This document shows positions 59,415 through 64,000 of a stretch of DNA of 64,000 nucleotides, one piece after another. Numbering within the stretch: the stretch's first letter is position 1; the number at the start of each line of letters is the position of its first letter. Location of the stretch: positions 2,681,688-2,745,687 of the forward strand of contig CP070758.1 in the NCBI GenBank assembly GCA_020348925.1, read 5' to 3'. The DNA comes from Gemmatimonadota bacterium (GTDB lineage: Bacteria; JBHIER01; G020348925). The position numbers were made by a program, and so were the translations under genes. Under the pieces are notes generated by a model. It did no database searches, was not told the DNA's origin, and worked only from the letters and a program-made list of their open reading frames with translations.

Positions 59415-60032
59415 ATGAAACCTTTTATGTCTTTCTTTTGTTTTCTATTCATTCTAATGTTACTCGGCTGTAGTAAGGAGGAGGTTGGGCAAAGATCTGC
59501 AACCGATAAAGAAGAAGGATCACACACCGCAGTGCAATTGCCAAAGGAGGGGGATGAAATGGAATCCGTGCAGTTAGGCTCGGTTGTCCTTGTGGATTAT
59601 GTAGGAACATTGGATAACGGTGACATGTTTGACACGTCTGTGAGAGAGGAGGCCGAGAAAGCGGATATTCTTAATCCTGAGCGAAATTACACACCGCTTC
59701 GGGTCAGCGTAGGACAGAAGCAAGTCATTCCAGGGTTTGAGGAGGCTTTGATAGGTATGAAGGTGGGCGAGTCAAAAACAGTCGCCATTTCACCTGAAAA
59801 AGCTTACGGTCAGGTGGACGAAGGCCTCGTCCAGAAGGTCCCCATTGACATTTTCAAAAATGCAGGCATGCAACCCATAGCGGGAACTATGGTCCAATTC
59901 CAATCACGGGATGGCCGTCCCGTCTCGGCCTTGATTCAAGAGATACAAGAAGATTCTGTTCTCGTGGATATGAATCATCCCCTGGCCGGTGAGACTTTAC
60001 ACTTTCGGTTAACCGTGAACCAGATTCAGTAA
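59415..60032 (+). CDS. SlyD-type FKBP peptidyl-prolyl isomerase with lipoprotein signal
   Basis: GGAGGTG RBS, lipobox LLGC; V.VDYVG.L.NG..FDTS, VIPGFEEALIGM, PEKAYG, VDMNHPLAGETLHF. Confidence 0.88.
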   Translation: MKPFMSFFCFLFILMLLGCSKEEVGQRSATDKEEGSHTAVQLPKEGDEMESVQLGSVVLVDYVGTLDNGDMFDTSVREEAEKADILNPERNYTPLRVSVGQKQVIPGFEEALIGMKVGESKTVAISPEKAYGQVDEGLVQKVPIDIFKNAGMQPIAGTMVQFQSRDGRPVSALIQEIQEDSVLVDMNHPLAGETLHFRLTVNQIQ

Positions 60033-60128
60033 CTCAGTTGGGATACAGAAGGCATTCGGACAGGTTCACCCGCCTTGAAAACCTAATCTTGGTTCCGAAT
60101 ATACGATGAAACAAAATTGTGAGGTTCA

Positions 60129-62576
60129 TCAAGGTTCGCAGGTTCCGGTGCCCAGAATCACATTCACAAGTCCCGAAACGTCCACTATATTCAACCGGTC
60201 ATCGCCATTACAGTCCGCCCGCTCCAAAGGACCACCGGCAAGAGGCGAGATCTCTAAAATGTGATTGACGACCGCCATCACATCGATCACGTCAATGCCA
60301 CCTATACAGTTAATATCACCTCTCTCGACGTCCCCCTGATCCGAATTGTAGAGGTCAGGGCAGTTGTCATCACTGCACGTACTCGCGTCAGATCCCGGAT
60401 AGCCGAATCCGTCCCCATCGCTGTCCGTGCAGGGATCGCACACATCACCGAGGCCATCACCGTCCCCATCCACCTGATCAGGGTTGAAACCATCCGGACA
60501 ATTGTCACAGACATCACCAGCATAATCCCCATCGCTATCCACTTGCTCCGGGTTGTCTTTCTCAGGACAGTTGTCACACACGTCGCCCAGTCCATCGGTA
60601 TCCGAATCCCCTTGTTGCTGATTGCCGATGTCAGGACAGTTGTCGCAGAGATCGCCCACGCCGTCACCATCAGTGTCATCTTGACCGGGATTGAAATCCT
60701 CAGGGCAGTTATCGAAAACGGCACAGACATCGTCTGCATCAGGATCGCTGCAGTTGTACGGTCCGCGAAGAGCCACCGTCGGATCGCCGAAGAGATTTAA
60801 CTGATAGGTGCACCAGCGCATTGCCGGCTCATCGATGCGGTACAGGTTATCCTCCTTGGAATCCTGATTGGCGCGCCCCAAGCCTCGCTTGGACTCGGCC
60901 AGACTGTATACGGCATCCCAGAATTCGCGATTGAACCGGTGCGAGGGACTGTCCGTGGTGTGATCGGTGGTCCGGGATGTCCCCCACCCATAACGGGCGT
61001 TCATAATGCCCGCGAACGCACCGTGATCGTTTTTGCAGATCATATACTCGGCCCAGCAATCGGGAGAATCGAACTGACCGGCGTTACAGCCCCAGTTGTA
61101 AAGAAAAAAGGAGTCCTCATTGACAAGCAAAGGTACCAGGGAACTTGAATGCAACTTCATTGACCATGTTGGACTGCTGTGTCCGAGATGACCGATGATG
61201 TGTACGCCCGAATTCATTCTTGAGATGATTTCTTCAGCAGGCCAATCGTTGCCGGGCCAGTCACGGTCGTACAGCGTTTCGATTTCATACTGAGTTGAGG
61301 GAATACCGACCGTTGTGTATCCGTGATTGGTCGATCCGTCGATGATCTCGTCCATGTAAATCCCGCCGAACTCCACTTCTCCGCCATAACCAAGGCGTTC
61401 GGCACATATCAGTACATTCTGCAGATACGGAGCCTGGCATGTGAAGTAGGCGACGGTCTTCCTGACAAATCGGGTCGCCTCCTCGGCATTGTCGACCGGC
61501 GCTCGACCGACAAACACTTCGGCAATCAGGTCGACATCTCCGCCGTCCTCACCATCCTCTGGCTCGCCCCACAGGCGATCGCCATCATAGTTGTACGTAC
61601 CATCAAGACACCCGAAGTAGATATCTGCCGGCATATTGTACGCATAATAGGGCTGATCCCCGTGAACAATACCCTCCCATGAGGCGACATACAGATCCTT
61701 GGCCGGGATCATGTCGTCGTCAGCTCCAATGAGCACGTACTGAATCCCATTGTTCAGATACAGAGACCGGATATAATCGCGGACGTCATCAGGATGTGCA
61801 CTGCCAACGTCGTCGGTAGTGCGGATCTCCGTGAGAATACCGGTCGTGTCATGGTAGGTTTTGAGCGGGCCAAAGGCACTTGCCATTGAAGGAACCGTAA
61901 GGATCAACATGTCGAAGTTGTCAGCAGAACGCTTCGCAGAGCCAGCATACGATGCTGCATATTCAGGATTGTCGACTCTTCTTCGTACCAACGCCTCATC
62001 TTCCCTCAGTTCCCGGGTAGGACGCTCCGAATTCCTGGCAGCGACTGTCGTAACAATAACTCTGAGGCTCGAAAAAAAATAGAGCTCCCCGGACACTGGC
62101 CTATACTCAACAGGCTGGAGTTTCAGTATCAGAATCTGATAGCCGCGGAATACGTACGTACCGATATTCGTATATCGATTTTGAGGAAAGGGGCGATCCG
62201 AGATATAGACGGTACTGTCCGGTGCCGGCAGCTTCTCCCTCTCCGATTCTGACGAGAGCGGTACCGGCTGCCCGACAGGTTCAACCGTATAGCCACTGCC
62301 TAAAAAATTTTTCTCGCCGGTGACGATCTCAATACATGCAACCTCGGTGCCAAAAGGCAGCAGGATGTGTGCCCCTCTCGCCGGAAGAGACGGCTGACCT
62401 ATTTGGCCGCCATTGGGAGCATTGATCATGGTCACCCGATGGTAGGGAGTTTCACCTATGACGATTTCTGAAATCCGCGGGCTGTCAAAAGAATATTCAA
62501 CCTCCACCTGTCCTGCTAAGGGTCCAGCATATATGATCGCCATCCACAGGACAGCGACGGCAGATACGCTTCGCAT
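60129..62576 (-). CDS. Gingipain-like C25 cysteine protease (propeptide + catalytic domain) + TSP3 + dockerin
   Basis: G.PSLP propeptide, YVLIGAD, PADIYF, EVFVGRAPV, HLGHS (His), WGCNAG (Cys), NLFGDP; DNCP repeats; dockerin. Confidence 0.92.
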   Translation of the reverse strand: MRSVSAVAVLWMAIIYAGPLAGQVEVEYSFDSPRISEIVIGETPYHRVTMINAPNGGQIGQPSLPARGAHILLPFGTEVACIEIVTGEKNFLGSGYTVEPVGQPVPLSSESEREKLPAPDSTVYISDRPFPQNRYTNIGTYVFRGYQILILKLQPVEYRPVSGELYFFSSLRVIVTTVAARNSERPTRELREDEALVRRRVDNPEYAASYAGSAKRSADNFDMLILTVPSMASAFGPLKTYHDTTGILTEIRTTDDVGSAHPDDVRDYIRSLYLNNGIQYVLIGADDDMIPAKDLYVASWEGIVHGDQPYYAYNMPADIYFGCLDGTYNYDGDRLWGEPEDGEDGGDVDLIAEVFVGRAPVDNAEEATRFVRKTVAYFTCQAPYLQNVLICAERLGYGGEVEFGGIYMDEIIDGSTNHGYTTVGIPSTQYEIETLYDRDWPGNDWPAEEIISRMNSGVHIIGHLGHSSPTWSMKLHSSSLVPLLVNEDSFFLYNWGCNAGQFDSPDCWAEYMICKNDHGAFAGIMNARYGWGTSRTTDHTTDSPSHRFNREFWDAVYSLAESKRGLGRANQDSKEDNLYRIDEPAMRWCTYQLNLFGDPTVALRGPYNCSDPDADDVCAVFDNCPEDFNPGQDDTDGDGVGDLCDNCPDIGNQQQGDSDTDGLGDVCDNCPEKDNPEQVDSDGDYAGDVCDNCPDGFNPDQVDGDGDGLGDVCDPCTDSDGDGFGYPGSDASTCSDDNCPDLYNSDQGDVERGDINCIGGIDVIDVMAVVNHILEISPLAGGPLERADCNGDDRLNIVDVSGLVNVILGTGTCEP

Positions 62577-62757
62577 CTCCTATCCTCCGATTCGAACACC
62601 GCTCAACGTTCTATACACAATGTGTGGTAGCCATTTCATAATTCGATTACTGGTAGGGCAAATTGATAAATCTTCGGATGAGGTAGAAATGTCTGCTTTC
62701 ACAAAAGCATCTGATACATTGTCTCATGGTACATATTGGAGCAATCCTTGTCGATCT

Positions 62758-64000
62758 CTAATAGAGGTCCTGCAATTTTAATGTCATTTCCTTGAGCTCA
62801 CTATCTCGAGACAGAGTGACGGTGTATTTCGTACCCTTCTCCTTGCTCAGTAAATCGCGAACAGCAAGGAGTCCACCCAAGTATTTCGTTTCGATGGAAT
62901 TGATTGCTGTGATAATATCCCCTTTTTGAAAACCCGCCTTGGCGGCAGGCGTGTCCTGAGCGACAAAAACAACTTCAACATCCTCATCCTCTCTGAGCAC
63001 AAGCTGGAGGCCGCTCTTATCCCTGGGGAACACATGCTCAAAGTTGTCACCCCTCTCAATAATCACCTGCTGACGTTCGTAATCGAGATAGAGGACGAAG
63101 TGACGGAAAAGTGAATTGCCGAGATTTCCTGTGAGCTCCCTTCTCCTGAAGGCTCCTTCACCCTGTTCAAGCGGCATTGAAATCAGGGGATTCCGGATCG
63201 TAAACCCCGCCCATTCGATGGCTTCAAATTGCACCGTCCGCTTCCCACTCTCACCACCAGCCCCAAAACCCAGACCGTCGATGCCCTTCAAAGTCAAGAG
63301 ATCATGCTCCTCGGCGAATGGATAATGAAAGCTCACGCCTCCTGCACCCAGATCGAGGCTCCATGTTCCCGATAATGTTCCGTCAACCGTAACCGGCAAA
63401 CTGAAGGTGTTGCCCATAAGTGGTGCCTCGAGCACAACACCTTTTCCTCTATACTCAAATGCATCGGATTCATAAAAGGACAGCGTCTCGCTGGCATAAT
63501 CAATCCTCGTCACAAAGCGAGACAGAAAATCATAGCCCAGGATACCAACAACTTCCAGTCCGAAATGTCTGTGCGCATATGGTTTGAGGAAACCGGCCGA
63601 TGCAGCTTTTTGTTCGCTAAATTCTATTCCTTCTATTCGAAACGGCGGAAGATCGACAAATGAAACCTGGAGTGTATTACCGGCCCCAACACCCTTTATA
63701 TCCCCTTCCGCCTTCAATCCAAGCTCGGCAGCAAAGGCGGAATCAACGACGGATATGCTCGCCCCGGAGTCCAGGATCCACAATCTCTCTTTCCCTTTGA
63801 CGTTCACCGAGATGAAGATATGATCCGCAAGAAACTTGAACGGCACGTTTTCGGCACTCTCGCCATCGATGAACCGGTAGTCCTTAACATCTTCCCCGGG
63901 TGGCTCGAAAACCGATGGCTCGATTTCGATATGACCCTCAAAACGGGTCAACTGAATCGTCATCTTCTGGCCTATGGGCAATATTTCCATCTCCTGTCGA
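62758..64000 (-). CDS. Tandem retropepsin-like aspartyl protease + PDZ protein (probably 5' partial)
   Basis: ILDSGA...GILGYDFL, SLDLGA...GNLGNS, PAAKAGFQKGDII; the frame is open to the window edge. Confidence 0.85.
   Translation of the reverse strand, partial: RQEMEILPIGQKMTIQLTRFEGHIEIEPSVFEPPGEDVKDYRFIDGESAENVPFKFLADHIFISVNVKGKERLWILDSGASISVVDSAFAAELGLKAEGDIKGVGAGNTLQVSFVDLPPFRIEGIEFSEQKAASAGFLKPYAHRHFGLEVVGILGYDFLSRFVTRIDYASETLSFYESDAFEYRGKGVVLEAPLMGNTFSLPVTVDGTLSGTWSLDLGAGGVSFHYPFAEEHDLLTLKGIDGLGFGAGGESGKRTVQFEAIEWAGFTIRNPLISMPLEQGEGAFRRRELTGNLGNSLFRHFVLYLDYERQQVIIERGDNFEHVFPRDKSGLQLVLREDEDVEVVFVAQDTPAAKAGFQKGDIITAINSIETKYLGGLLAVRDLLSKEKGTKYTVTLSRDSELKEMTLKLQDLY

Overview
This window looks like a bacterial metagenome-assembled sequence. 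It consists of five contigs joined by exactly 100-N spacers (12493-12592, 28362-28461, 38524-38623, 48881-48980), and genes are cut at most joins, so adjacency across gaps means nothing. The protein style (FlgD-Ig/T9SS-type 'QNYPNPFNP...KMVLMK' C-terminal domains, dockerins, C25 peptidases) suggests an FCB-group candidate phylum; this is inference only. Modular secreted proteins dominate. Six 'cargo' proteins end in a near-identical Cys-closed dockerin: two LVIVD propellers, a small adaptor, an SMP-30/FG-GAP/ASPIC protein, an MBL hydrolase and a gingipain-like C25 protease. Three giant proteins carry cohesin-like domains, an internal dockerin and a sorting CTD. Two phage-fibre-like 'INYQG' proteins are each followed by a gene bearing the same ~55-aa pseudo-threefold motif. 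Together these suggest a non-cellulolytic cohesin-dockerin surface scaffold that also displays trimeric fibres. Mobile DNA includes IS256, an IS110 element whose bridge-RNA guides can be read against its left junction, a 334-bp MITE with a 9-bp TSD, a partial Zn-finger transposase, a group II intron 3' end and many palindromic repeats. Other genes: tRNA-Arg(UCG), glgB, GH57/DUF3536, partial nadE, a TPR-CHAT protein whose catalytic Cys reads Trp, a TA-like cluster, a VanX-type dipeptidase, an SbcD-like plus GIY-YIG nuclease pair, arsR-arsM, a SlyD-like lipoprotein and an aspartyl protease-PDZ protein. All family calls come from motif recognition by eye; no searches were run.
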